Assembly: GCA_020349945.1 (NCBI GenBank)
Contig: CP070704.1
Span: 748,899 to 812,898, forward strand
Source of the DNA: Deltaproteobacteria bacterium
GTDB taxonomy: Bacteria > Desulfobacterota > DSM-4660 > Desulfatiglandales > B25-G16
Reading direction: 5' to 3'
DNA length: 64,000 bases
This document shows positions 27,866-36,942 of the stretch, in pieces (the stretch's first letter is position 1; every line of letters starts with the position of its first letter). The position numbers and the translations under genes are program-made. Below the pieces are notes generated by a model. It saw only the letters and a list, made by a program, of their open reading frames with translations. It did no database searches and had not been told where the DNA came from.

Positions 27866-29023
27866 TCAAAGCACAGGCCCAAGTGTAGGGATGTCAAACT
27901 CTCGATGGCCCAGAATTTCCGCCTTGGTTACCTTTCCTGATGCGACTTCACGTAGCTCGCCAAATATCTGTTTTCCAACACTCTGGATGGTGCCCTTGCC
28001 ATCTATTATCACGCCTGCATTTATGTCGATATTTTCTTTCATTCGCTCATAGGTGTCGCTGTTGGTAGATACCTTTATCACCGGGACAGAAGGCGTGCCG
28101 ACTGGAGTTCCCCGGCCAGTGGTGAAAGCAATTACCTGCGCTCCAGAGGCTATTAAACCGATGTTAGACTGAACATCAAGGGCGGTGCCATCCATTATTA
28201 CTAAGCCTTTCTTGGATGGCTTCTCGGCATAGTTGACCACCTGCACAATAGTTGTACTACCGCCCTTACGGATACAGCCAAGCGATTTCTCCTCAATAGT
28301 AGTGAGTCCTCCCTCTATGTTCCCCGGTGATGGCTGTGATCCCCGAATATCCATACCCATAGACTTAGCCTTGGCCTCAGCAGCGGAAATTTTTTCATAG
28401 ATATCCCTTTCAACCTCAGCATCTCCAGCTCTTTTTGCCAGGATTTGTTCAGCGCCCAGCATCTCAGTAGTCTCTGTAAATATGACGGTGCCTCCCTCGG
28501 CGACCAATAAATCGGAGGCAACCCCCAATGCCGGGTTAGCCGTAAGCCCCGAAAAGGCATCGGAGCCACCACACTCGAGGCCCAAGATAAGCTCAGAGAT
28601 ATCTATCGATTCACGCTCAAGACTTGATGCCTCTGCCAAGAGCTTTTCAGCTAACCTTATCCCTTCTTCTACACACTTGCTCGTGCCCCCTGCCTCTTGT
28701 ATACTGGTGGCTTCCACTCTCTGACCATCTTTCACCAACTCTCCAGCAATCACATCAGGCGTTATGAGTTCGCAGCCATTTCCGACCAATAATACACCAG
28801 CAACATTCGGATGCCCGGTAAAACCAACCATAGTTCTGATTACCTGCTCCTTATCTTCGCCAACATGCCCGCACCCGCAACCGTGAATGGCACAGACAGT
28901 GCCTGCCACTCTGCCGCTTATCATCTGCGCCACTGTAGAAGCACATACTATGGTGGGGAATACTAATACGTGGTTCCGCGTTCCAGCTCTGCCATTGCTT
29001 CTACGATATCCGAAAAACTTCAT
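27866..29023 (-). CDS. UxaA-family hydro-lyase, large subunit (altronate/galactarate dehydratase C-domain or SuyB-like)
   Basis: MKFFGYRRSNGRAGTRNHVLVFPTIVCAS... is the typical start of the UxaA C-terminal domain. 385 aa. Overlaps the small-subunit gene by 4 nt. Confidence 0.8.
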   Translation of the reverse strand: MKFFGYRRSNGRAGTRNHVLVFPTIVCASTVAQMISGRVAGTVCAIHGCGCGHVGEDKEQVIRTMVGFTGHPNVAGVLLVGNGCELITPDVIAGELVKDGQRVEATSIQEAGGTSKCVEEGIRLAEKLLAEASSLERESIDISELILGLECGGSDAFSGLTANPALGVASDLLVAEGGTVIFTETTEMLGAEQILAKRAGDAEVERDIYEKISAAEAKAKSMGMDIRGSQPSPGNIEGGLTTIEEKSLGCIRKGGSTTIVQVVNYAEKPSKKGLVIMDGTALDVQSNIGLIASGAQVIAFTTGRGTPVGTPSVPVIKVSTNSDTYERMKENIDINAGVIIDGKGTIQSVGKQIFGELREVASGKVTKAEILGHREFDIPTLGPVL

Positions 29024-29310
29024 TGCTTGTCTCCCCTGCCTTTTTGGCTTTCAACATTGTGGACATGAACATGCTCACCATGCCGGATCTGTTTGGTAGC
29101 GAGGCCTATTGCCTCACCATACTTAATTATAGCCCCTCCCTTCTGAATATCCCTCAGGGCAAACTTATGTCCAAAGGGAATATTCTCTAATAACGCAGTA
29201 TCGCTGGTAAAGTCTTCTACCCCAACCTGGACGGAATCGCCCTTGCCGAGTTGGCATAATGCTGTTGCCACATTATCCCTTTTATCTATTAAGATAGCCT
29301 TTTCCTGCAC
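29020..29310 (-). CDS. UxaA-family hydro-lyase, small SAF-domain subunit (SuyA-like)
   Basis: 96 aa. ILIDKRDNVATAL...GHKFALRDIQKGGAIIKYGEAIG is the SAF/altronate dehydratase N-domain. Confidence 0.8.
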   Translation of the reverse strand: MQEKAILIDKRDNVATALCQLGKGDSVQVGVEDFTSDTALLENIPFGHKFALRDIQKGGAIIKYGEAIGLATKQIRHGEHVHVHNVESQKGRGDKQ

Positions 29311-29496
29311 CTCAAAACCTCCTTATCTTGGCTGAATAATCACCTCTCGGACAAGCTAAGGGAAACGGGAGCTGTTTTTCGACGATGGGATAATAGGAGA
29401 GAGACAGGGGTGTGTCAACCATAAAGTATACCCATGATGCTTTAGGAGGAAAGAGGGGTCGCTGGCTGTTCTCGACAGTCATGATCGATTTTTCCG

Positions 29497-29525
29497 TTGA
29501 CAACCATCAGCTGTTAAAATACTAT
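29497..29525 (+). promoter_or_regulatory. candidate sigma70 promoter (copy A)
   Basis: TTGACA (29497-29502), 17-nt spacer, TACTAT (29520-29525). The same architecture is conserved at 38998-39026. Confidence 0.55.
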
Positions 29526-29573
29526 GCCCCCGATTTCTTAACCCTTTAACCATTCGTTCTGGGGCAAGGAGTT

Positions 29574-29618
29574 ATGGTGATTTTCCGGATGATCAGACGA
29601 GTACAGAAGCCTCCATAG
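29574..29618 (+). CDS. candidate leader peptide MVIFRMIRRVQKPP (14 codons, Pro-Pro-stop)
   Basis: ATG preceded by AAGGAG. Conserved in the paralogous leader (MVIFQIIPIQRPP). The two differ in length by exactly one codon, and both end CCT CCA stop. Confidence 0.45.
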   Translation: MVIFRMIRRVQKPP

Positions 29619-29655
29619 GGGAATAGATAGCCTTTTGGGGGCTTTGGTATTTTTG
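29607..29655 (+). terminator. terminator-like hairpin overlapping the uORF stop (candidate attenuator, copy A)
   Basis: 9-bp stem AAGCCTCCA (29607-29615) / TGGGGGCTT (29636-29644) with one G-U pair and a 20-nt loop, followed by GGTATTTTTGG. The 5' arm consists of the last three sense codons of the uORF, ending directly at its stop codon. Confidence 0.4.
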
Positions 29656-29697
29656 GTGGGAGGCCAGAGAGAAACTTGTAAAAAAGGAGGAAGTGAG

Positions 29698-31161
29698 ATG
29701 GAAGCTCAGAAGATGCCAAATGGTGCACTGAGGCCTTGGAATGTTGCTGATTTGCCGGCACCACCAAAGTTCAATTTTCGCAATGCAATGGCAGTGATCG
29801 GGCCAGGGACCATTGCCTTGAGCATGTCAATCGGCAGTGGTGAGTGGTTGATCGGTCCGAGCGCTGCAGTTAGATTTGGGACCTCCGTGATGTGGATCGT
29901 AATCATCTCGGTCTTTTTCCAGGTTTTCCTGAATCAGGAATTTGCCCGATATACCCTCTACACCGGAGAGCCGGTGCTTACCGGTTTCATGAGGACCAAG
30001 CCAGGGCCCAAGCTCTGGGGTTGGCTTTATCCCCTGTTCGGTATGCTCCAGGTAGCATGGCCCGGTTGGGCTGCGGCGGCAGCAGGATGCCTTTTTGCAG
30101 CCCTCTATGGCCATTTGCCGGACGCGGCCGTTGCTGGTGACCGAAGTACAATGCTTGTACTTGGTTATATATTATTCTTTGCCTGCTTAGTGATCGTCCT
30201 GTTCGGGGGGCGTATAGAGCGCATTCTCGAGTGGCTAGCCTGGGGGATGGTTACATGGATTGTCGTCTACCTCCTCATCGTAGATGTATTCTTTGTGCCC
30301 GCAAAGGCGTGGACGGATGTGGCAGGGGGGTTCTTTAAGTTTGGCTCCATTCCCAGGGGGCCCACAGGCGTGGATTGGCCGCTGATGGGGGCCTTTGCAG
30401 CCTACGCCGGGGCAGGAGGTATCGGCAACTGCTGGATCACCAACTGGCTACGGGACAAGGGCTTCGGCATGGGTAAGGTCATCGGGTTCATCCCCAGCGC
30501 AGTGGCAGGTAAGGAGGTCAAGCTTGCCCATGTGGGAACTGTCTTTGAGCCCACCGAGAAGAATATGAGCACCTGGACGCAGTGGTGGAAGTACCTGTGG
30601 GTGGACCAGGGCATCCTCTTCGGTGGAGGGTGTGTCATAGGGATGTACTTGTGCGTGCTGCTCGCCTACGGGGTAATCCCCCATGGTACAGACATAGCTG
30701 GGCTGGCGACTGGTGCATATCAGGCAGATTACTTGATGAAGAGAGTCGGTCGTATCATGTGGTTCCTGACCCTGCTAAACGGATTCTGGGTCCTGTTTGG
30801 CACCCAGCTCAATAACATGGAAGGCCTCACACGGGTGATCACCGATCACATTTGGACTGGTAGTGAGCGGGCGCGCCGCGTGGGCGATGTGCGTTATGTA
30901 TACTACACCGTACTCGCCATTTTTGTCATCTGGGGATGTATAGCCATCAACATGGCTAAGCCGTTTGTTCTGATCATCCTCGGGGCAAATATGGCAGGAT
31001 TCATCTTTGTGTTCTCGGGGGTCCACATCCTGGTGACACAGCATCGCTTCCTGCCCAAGGAGGTGCGGGCCCCCATGTGGAGGCAAGTGATCATAGCCCT
31101 GAGCTGCATCTTCTTTGCCTTCTTCGTGCTTATGAATATCGTGAAACTGATCGGAGGCTAG
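29698..31161 (+). CDS. Nramp-like polytopic membrane permease (non-canonical; substrate unknown), paralog A
   Basis: The ATG at 29698 follows AAGGAGG. GPGTIALSMSIGSGEWL resembles Nramp TM1 but with GSGE instead of DPGN. Highly hydrophobic, ~11-12 predicted TM segments by eye. The TTG at 29635 in the ORF track would run through the leader and is unlikely. Confidence 0.6.
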   Translation: MEAQKMPNGALRPWNVADLPAPPKFNFRNAMAVIGPGTIALSMSIGSGEWLIGPSAAVRFGTSVMWIVIISVFFQVFLNQEFARYTLYTGEPVLTGFMRTKPGPKLWGWLYPLFGMLQVAWPGWAAAAAGCLFAALYGHLPDAAVAGDRSTMLVLGYILFFACLVIVLFGGRIERILEWLAWGMVTWIVVYLLIVDVFFVPAKAWTDVAGGFFKFGSIPRGPTGVDWPLMGAFAAYAGAGGIGNCWITNWLRDKGFGMGKVIGFIPSAVAGKEVKLAHVGTVFEPTEKNMSTWTQWWKYLWVDQGILFGGGCVIGMYLCVLLAYGVIPHGTDIAGLATGAYQADYLMKRVGRIMWFLTLLNGFWVLFGTQLNNMEGLTRVITDHIWTGSERARRVGDVRYVYYTVLAIFVIWGCIAINMAKPFVLIILGANMAGFIFVFSGVHILVTQHRFLPKEVRAPMWRQVIIALSCIFFAFFVLMNIVKLIGG

Positions 31162-31221
31162 GTTAGGGTATAGGAACTCCCAGATATGCAGTTGACCCGC
31201 GTCAGTCTCGGATCATATTGT

Positions 31222-31267
31222 TGAAGGCGGTTATAGATTTTTGCTTTAACCGCCTTCAGCCTTTTTG
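31222..31267 (+). terminator. intrinsic terminator after permease paralog A
   Basis: 12-bp perfect stem TGAAGGCGGTTA (31222-31233) / TAACCGCCTTCA (31247-31258), followed by GCCTTTTTGG. Confidence 0.6.
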
Positions 31268-31540
31268 GAACAGGGTTGTCGAAGGATGGGGCTGGTAGCT
31301 GTCTGATCTTCATGTCTTGCCCACTCACACTCCTCCTTTTCTTATAAACAACACTCGCCTGGTCAAGGTTTTATGGCAGAATTGAGGTGGACTTTTGATC
31401 AACCGATGTTCTATATGATTATATGGGGGGAGACATGTTTCTAATAGGGGGTAAATGTGGCTTCGACCCCGAGATCTAACTGTCGTATGGGCCGGTAGGA
31501 CCATATAGAAACAGATCAATAACCAATGGAGGGATAGAAG

Positions 31541-33433
31541 ATGACTGGGGGATACATGGGAAGGATTGGTTTTGTGGATCTATCCACGGGGGAGATAAGA
31601 GAGGAAAAGCTCGATGAGAGACTTGCACGGAGCTTTATAGGGGGTTATGGGCTTGGGGTGCGAATCCTGTTCGAGCGTCAGAGAGGAGGAATAGACCCCT
31701 TGGGGCCGGAGAACATCCTCGGCTTTACTGCTGGGCCACTGACCGGGACACAGAGCCCGACCGGTGGTAGATATATGGCGGTATGTAAATCGCCGATTAC
31801 TGGCGGTTGGGGAGATGCCAACTCGGGTGGATACTTTGGCAGTGAGTTGAAGTCTGCAGGCTGGGATGCGATCTTCATTTCCGGCATTGCGGCCTCACCT
31901 CAGTATCTTGTAGTGACAGAGGATGAACTGGAGTTGAGAGACGCATCTCATCTGTGGGGGCGAGATACCGTTGATACTGAGGAAATACTGCGCGAGGATC
32001 TGGGGATCTCCAAACTCAGAGTCGCCTGTATCGGTCAGGCCTCAGAGAGGCGGTCGCTGATCAGCGGCATTGTCAATGATAAGGGGCGTATAGCAGCTCG
32101 CTCGGGTGTTGGTGCGGTCATGGGCTCAAAGCGGCTCAAGGCTTTGGCTGTGTACGGAGGGAAAAAGGTCGCTGTAAGCGATAAGAAAAGGCTTGACCAG
32201 CTGCGCAAGAGTTTCATAGAGGAGCTTCGTGAATCAAAGGGCTTCCCTCGGTTACTTATGGATTATGGAACTTGTGGTCTGACCGATGGACTGGTGGCAG
32301 GGGGAGCAACCCCTATAAAAAACTGGCTTCTTGCGGGCAAGCAAGCCTTCCCGACCCTGGATAAGATAGCCGACTTCGATACTGTTATTCAGCACCAGGT
32401 AAAGCGATATGGTTGTTCCAATTGCCCTATTGTCTGCGGAGGTATCTTCGAGGTCTCTCAGGGGGCCTATCCCGTGGCAGAGGTTCATAAACCAGAATAT
32501 GAAACCATAGCTGCATTCGGCACCATGTGCATGAACGATGACCTGATATCCATTATCAAGCTGAATGATATGTGTAACCGAAGCGGCTTGGATACCATCT
32601 CGGCAGGAAGTGTCCTCGCGTTTGCCATGGAATGCTTTGAAGAAGGGATTATCACCGAAAGGGATACCGATGGGATCAGGCTCACCTGGGGGAACGCAGA
32701 GGCCATGATCGCCATGCTCGAGAAGATCATCCGCCGTGAGGGCTTTGGTGACATTCTGGCTGACGGGGTTAAGGCCGCTGCCCGTGAGATCGGGGAAGGC
32801 GCTCAGGAGTGCGCTATCCACGTTGGAGGACAAGAACCAGGACTGCACAACGCATTGTTCCTGCCGGGCCGGGGCACGGGGTTTGTCTGCGATCCCACCC
32901 CCGGCCGCCACACAGCTGCTGCTCCTGCGGCTCGTATAGATGCAGGTTCGCCAGCCATTATTGCCCCTTACCCGGAATTGCAGTTCCGGGGTTACGAACG
33001 CTATGAATATAAGAGCAAAGGGCCTGCCAGCGCTACAGCCTCTTGCTACTGGCAGGTGGGGGCCTGCGCAGGAGTTTGCCTCTTTCCGGTTATCTTCTTT
33101 GGTAATTACCCGCTTCTAGATTTTCTTAACGCTGTCACCGGATGGGATATGGATGTCACTGAGGCCCTGGAAACGGGGACAAGGATTCAGACGTTGAGGC
33201 AAGCCTTTAACCTTAGAGAAGGGATCGAGCCACGTGAGATAAAGCTGCCTTCCCGCATGGCCGGGGTCCCTCCTAAGAGTGATGGTCCACTTGCAGGCAT
33301 CACAATAGACATAGACACGCTAGCCTCTGAATACCGTAAGGCAATGGGATGGGATCCAGACACGGGCGACCCAACCGAGGCCACCCTTCGGCGTCTGGGA
33401 TTAAAAGAGCTAGCAGAAACCTATTGGAGGTAA
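31541..33433 (+). CDS. aldehyde:ferredoxin oxidoreductase family (tungstopterin AOR)
   Basis: 630 aa. GRIGFVDLSTGEI...GGYGLG N-domain, EYETIAAFG, CNRSGLDTIS and the Fe-S motif CSNCPIVCGG. Confidence 0.9.
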   Translation: MTGGYMGRIGFVDLSTGEIREEKLDERLARSFIGGYGLGVRILFERQRGGIDPLGPENILGFTAGPLTGTQSPTGGRYMAVCKSPITGGWGDANSGGYFGSELKSAGWDAIFISGIAASPQYLVVTEDELELRDASHLWGRDTVDTEEILREDLGISKLRVACIGQASERRSLISGIVNDKGRIAARSGVGAVMGSKRLKALAVYGGKKVAVSDKKRLDQLRKSFIEELRESKGFPRLLMDYGTCGLTDGLVAGGATPIKNWLLAGKQAFPTLDKIADFDTVIQHQVKRYGCSNCPIVCGGIFEVSQGAYPVAEVHKPEYETIAAFGTMCMNDDLISIIKLNDMCNRSGLDTISAGSVLAFAMECFEEGIITERDTDGIRLTWGNAEAMIAMLEKIIRREGFGDILADGVKAAAREIGEGAQECAIHVGGQEPGLHNALFLPGRGTGFVCDPTPGRHTAAAPAARIDAGSPAIIAPYPELQFRGYERYEYKSKGPASATASCYWQVGACAGVCLFPVIFFGNYPLLDFLNAVTGWDMDVTEALETGTRIQTLRQAFNLREGIEPREIKLPSRMAGVPPKSDGPLAGITIDIDTLASEYRKAMGWDPDTGDPTEATLRRLGLKELAETYWR

Positions 33434-33505
33434 ATAAAACACTCAGGGTCAGGATAGACTCTAGAGAAAATAAAAAGCGGTCGCACAGGATAAGGAGGGA
33501 GGATC

Positions 33506-34876
33506 ATGGCAAATGAGAAGACAGCATTAGCAGTAGATCCTTATGCGCGCAAGGTGGAATATATCCTCGCGCCACCTGACACCTTTTGGAAGAGGATAAA
33601 GTTCCTGGGCCCAGCGCTCATCTTAGCAGGGTCTATCGTCGGGTCAGGCGAGCTCATCGCTACTACCACGCTTGGCGCAAAGGTAGGGTTCTACGCCCTT
33701 TGGATGATCATCATCAGTTGCCTGATCAAGGTCGTTATACAGGAAGAGCTGGGCCGGTATACCATCGGCTCTGGAGAAACGGCCCTGCGCGCCTTTGATC
33801 ATATCCCAGGCCGCCTCCACGTGTCGTGGGTTGTCTGGTTTTGGATCATTATGACCATTGCGGTTACCTTTCAGGCAGGTGGCATTGTAGGAGGGGTTGG
33901 GCAGGCCTTGCATTTGGCCTGGCCGCAGCTTTCTGCGAACTGGTGGACTGTCATCATCACGGCCGTTGGCATCGGACTGACGGTGCGGGGCTACTATGGT
34001 ATGGTCGAGAGGATAGCGGTGTTCATGGTGGCTGTCTTCACCTTCATCACTGTAATCTGTGCCTTCTTGGTCCAGTGGACCCCACACGCGTTTTCCCTGG
34101 CAGACTTCGTAGAAGGCTTGACACTGAAGCTCCCCAAGGGCGGGGCAGGAATTGCCTTCGCCGTCTTCGGCATCACCGGTGTGGGTGCCACGGAGCTTGT
34201 GATGTACCCGTACTGGGCTGTGGAGAAGGGGTACGCCCGCTTCGCTGGGCCGACGGAAGAGACAGAGGCCTGGCTCGAACGAGCCAAGGGCTGGGTCCGA
34301 GTGATGCACGTAGACATTATAGTAGCGATGATCGTTTTTACTATCGCCACCATTGCCTTCTACATCCTCGGTGCAGCAGTGCTGCATGGTATGGAGAAAG
34401 TCCCTCAGGGATATGATATGGTCGCCACACTCTCTAACATGTACACGGAGTCGATCGGCAGCTGGGCATTCTACCTCTTCCTTGTAGGCGCGTTTTTTGT
34501 GCTCTTTTCCACCTTCTTCGTGTATATTGCCTCGTTGGCTCGGATGGCGACGGACTGCCTGAAGGTCCTGCGCCTGATCGACTTCGAAGACTACAGGGCA
34601 CGCATGCGGTGGATCGGGTTCTTCTGCATTATCTTTCCCGTGCTGTACTGTATCCTCTACGTCAAGCTGGCGGCACCAGTGTACATGGTGCTGATCGGTG
34701 GGGTAGCCCAGGCCTCGTTCCTTCCGATCATCGGCTTCTCCGCCCTTTACCTCCGCTACAAGCGAATGGACAAACGCCTGCTCCCGGGCCGAGCCATTGA
34801 TATACTGATGTGGATCTGCGCTGTTCTCATCACCATCATCGGGGTCTATGCGGTGTATCAGAAATTCGCCGGCTGA
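33506..34876 (+). CDS. Nramp-like polytopic membrane permease (third, more divergent paralog)
   Basis: 456 aa. LGPALILAGSIVGSGELIATT has the same GSGE variant of the TM1 motif. Hydrophobic throughout. Confidence 0.6.
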   Translation: MANEKTALAVDPYARKVEYILAPPDTFWKRIKFLGPALILAGSIVGSGELIATTTLGAKVGFYALWMIIISCLIKVVIQEELGRYTIGSGETALRAFDHIPGRLHVSWVVWFWIIMTIAVTFQAGGIVGGVGQALHLAWPQLSANWWTVIITAVGIGLTVRGYYGMVERIAVFMVAVFTFITVICAFLVQWTPHAFSLADFVEGLTLKLPKGGAGIAFAVFGITGVGATELVMYPYWAVEKGYARFAGPTEETEAWLERAKGWVRVMHVDIIVAMIVFTIATIAFYILGAAVLHGMEKVPQGYDMVATLSNMYTESIGSWAFYLFLVGAFFVLFSTFFVYIASLARMATDCLKVLRLIDFEDYRARMRWIGFFCIIFPVLYCILYVKLAAPVYMVLIGGVAQASFLPIIGFSALYLRYKRMDKRLLPGRAIDILMWICAVLITIIGVYAVYQKFAG

Positions 34877-34981
34877 GAGAGGCAGCAATCAAAGAAATGC
34901 ATGGGAGCAAAGGGAGCCTTTTTGTTCGTCTTGGTTATAACCATATCATAAAGGCGATCTAACGAGAGGGGTGTCATATAA

Positions 34982-36901
34982 TTGAAACATCTACTTGGGC
35001 CACTTACCGTAAAGGGCATGGAGCTTCGAAACAGACTTGTTATGCCGCCTATGGCGACGAATTTTGCTTCAGAGGATGGGGCAGTAACCAAACAAAGCAT
35101 AGGCTATTACAGAGAGCGCGCTAAAGGTGGGGCAGCATTGATTATCGTGGAGATGAGCTATGTCCACCTAACTGGTAAGGCCTTTCCCTGTATGCTTGGT
35201 GTTTACGACGATAAATTTCTTCCGGGGCTCAACGAACTTGCTGAGGCAATTAAATCATACGGGGCTGGGGCTGCATTGCAGATAGGGCACGCCGGGCGAC
35301 AAACACGCTCTGAAATCTCCGGACATCGAATACTGGCCCCGTCTGCTATACCGTCAAGGGGTACGGCAGAGGTTCCTAAGGAGATGTCAGCAGGGGAAAT
35401 CGTGGAGATTACACATGCATTTGGAAATGCCGCACTGCGCGCAAAGAACGCCGGTTTTGATGCAGTGGAACTTCACGGGACTCATGGCTATTTGCTCAAC
35501 CAATTTCTATCTCCATATACAAATAAAAGAACAGATATATATGGGGGTAGTTTCGAAAACAGACTGAGATTTCCTCTAGAGGTAATCCAGGAGGTAAGAT
35601 CAAAAGCGGGGGAAGACTATCCATTAATCTTCAGACTGTGCGCCAATGAATATATTGAAGGCGATGAGGCCATTACCCTTGATGTGGCCAAAAGGATAGC
35701 CCCGAGACTGGTTGAGGCAGGCATAGATATACTTCACATAACCGGTGGAATGGGCGAGACAAGAGATCATGTGATCCAACCCTTATATTACGGCCATGGC
35801 TATCATGTATACCTTGCAGAGGGGATAAAGCGGGTTGTGGGTAGTATTCCCGTTATTACAGCAGGAAGCATTACAGATCCTTATATGGCTGAGAAGATAC
35901 TGGAGGATGAAAAGGCAGACTTGATTGCTATGGGACGGGGGCTTATTGCAGACCCCATGTTTCCCAACAAGATAAAAGAGGGCAAGATCAAAGAAATCAG
36001 ACGCTGTATCCGTTGCAATGAATGCATCGGTCGCTTCAGGAGAGGCTACCGCATTAGCTGCAGTGTTAATCCCACAGTGGGCAAGGAGACACATAGTGAA
36101 CTGAGGCCAGCAAAAGAGCCAAGGAGAGTTCTCATAGCGGGTGCGGGTCCGGCGGGTATGGAAGCAGCAAGAATCCTCTCCTTAAGGGGACATGAAGTAA
36201 CCCTGTGTGAAAAAGGTGATGAGCCTGGAGGACTTCTTCGGATAACTACGGTTCCAGGGTGGAAAAAGGATATTCTTGCTCTTGTTGATTGGCTAAAGAC
36301 CCAATTAGAGAAGAGTAGCGTAACTGTCCACCTTAATACCGAGGTCACCCCTGAATACATCACTAAATTCGGTCCGGATGTCCTCGTAGTAGCTACAGGA
36401 TCCACGCCCAGGAAACCAAATATTCCCGGGATAGAATCAGCTATAACAGCTATAGATGTCTTAGAGGGTGTGGCTGTGGGAGACAGGGTAGTCATCTGTG
36501 GAGGAGGGCTTGTTGGCTGTGAGATAGCATGGTATCTCGCTGAGCTGAACAAAAGGGTAACTATCGTCGAAATGCTTGATGAGGTGGCTGCGGATATGGA
36601 GACTGGAACCAGAACAGCGATATTGAAGGAACTTCGAGAACATGAGGCAGATATAATCTGCAATCTAAGGATGGAAGAGATTATTCCAGGTAAGGGCATA
36701 CTCGGTGTTGACAAAAAATTGACCAGGAGAGAAATAGAGGGAGATACAGTAGTATTAGCGATGGGTTTTGACCCAAATCGCGCGTTATTTGATGGAAAAA
36801 ATAAATCATATGAGGTGTATGGTATTGGTGACGCCAAAGAGCCACGGCGCATCATTGATGCGATACGAGAGGCAGATCATATAGCCCGCTTTGGGATATA
36901 A
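34982..36901 (+). CDS. OYE-like NADH:flavin oxidoreductase fused to an FAD/NAD(P)-binding domain (2,4-dienoyl-CoA reductase-like)
   Basis: TTG start. N-terminal LRNRLVMPPMATN...GAALIIVE TIM-barrel, Cys cluster CIRCNECIGRFRRGYRISC, Rossmann motif VLIAGAGPAGMEAA. Confidence 0.85.
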   Translation: MKHLLGPLTVKGMELRNRLVMPPMATNFASEDGAVTKQSIGYYRERAKGGAALIIVEMSYVHLTGKAFPCMLGVYDDKFLPGLNELAEAIKSYGAGAALQIGHAGRQTRSEISGHRILAPSAIPSRGTAEVPKEMSAGEIVEITHAFGNAALRAKNAGFDAVELHGTHGYLLNQFLSPYTNKRTDIYGGSFENRLRFPLEVIQEVRSKAGEDYPLIFRLCANEYIEGDEAITLDVAKRIAPRLVEAGIDILHITGGMGETRDHVIQPLYYGHGYHVYLAEGIKRVVGSIPVITAGSITDPYMAEKILEDEKADLIAMGRGLIADPMFPNKIKEGKIKEIRRCIRCNECIGRFRRGYRISCSVNPTVGKETHSELRPAKEPRRVLIAGAGPAGMEAARILSLRGHEVTLCEKGDEPGGLLRITTVPGWKKDILALVDWLKTQLEKSSVTVHLNTEVTPEYITKFGPDVLVVATGSTPRKPNIPGIESAITAIDVLEGVAVGDRVVICGGGLVGCEIAWYLAELNKRVTIVEMLDEVAADMETGTRTAILKELREHEADIICNLRMEEIIPGKGILGVDKKLTRREIEGDTVVLAMGFDPNRALFDGKNKSYEVYGIGDAKEPRRIIDAIREADHIARFGI

Positions 36902-36942
36902 AGGCTGTGCCTCCCTCAGCAGGGCACCATCACAAAAAAAGC

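Larger units (their letters stand above)
29497..31178 (+). repeat. duplicated cassette, copy A (promoter + leader uORF + hairpin + Nramp-like permease gene)
   Basis: Collinear with 38998-40738. The proteins align gap-free over 487 aa (roughly 85 percent identical by eye). Similarity extends through the promoter and leader and ~17 nt past the stop codon. Confidence 0.9.

Noticed and set aside
29635-29697. TTG start extending permease paralog A by 21 codons (ORF-track start)
   Set aside because: The extension runs through the leader hairpin, is not conserved in paralog B, and a strong AAGGAGG precedes the ATG at 29698.
29533-29697. Known metal riboswitch (M-box, yybP-ykoY, NiCo) in the permease leaders
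   Set aside because: I could not find the conserved cores of these classes as I remember them. The GGGGAATAG / GGGAATAT segment lies in the hairpin loop and differs between the copies. A covariance-model scan should still be run.
31270-31540. Moco/tungsten-cofactor riboswitch upstream of the AOR gene
   Set aside because: No recognisable conserved Moco-motif core by eye. The region also contains no convincing conserved structure.
33644-34888. 414-aa ORF antisense to the third Nramp-like permease gene
   Set aside because: It fully overlaps a hydrophobic, family-recognisable sense gene. Its translation is Arg/Pro/His/Asp-rich low-complexity sequence with no SD, which is a typical shadow ORF of a GC-rich third-position-biased gene.
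36046-36855. 269-aa ORF antisense to the C-terminal half of the OYE/FAD reductase gene
   Set aside because: Ser/Pro/Thr-rich composition, no recognisable domain, and the sense frame has clear Rossmann motifs.
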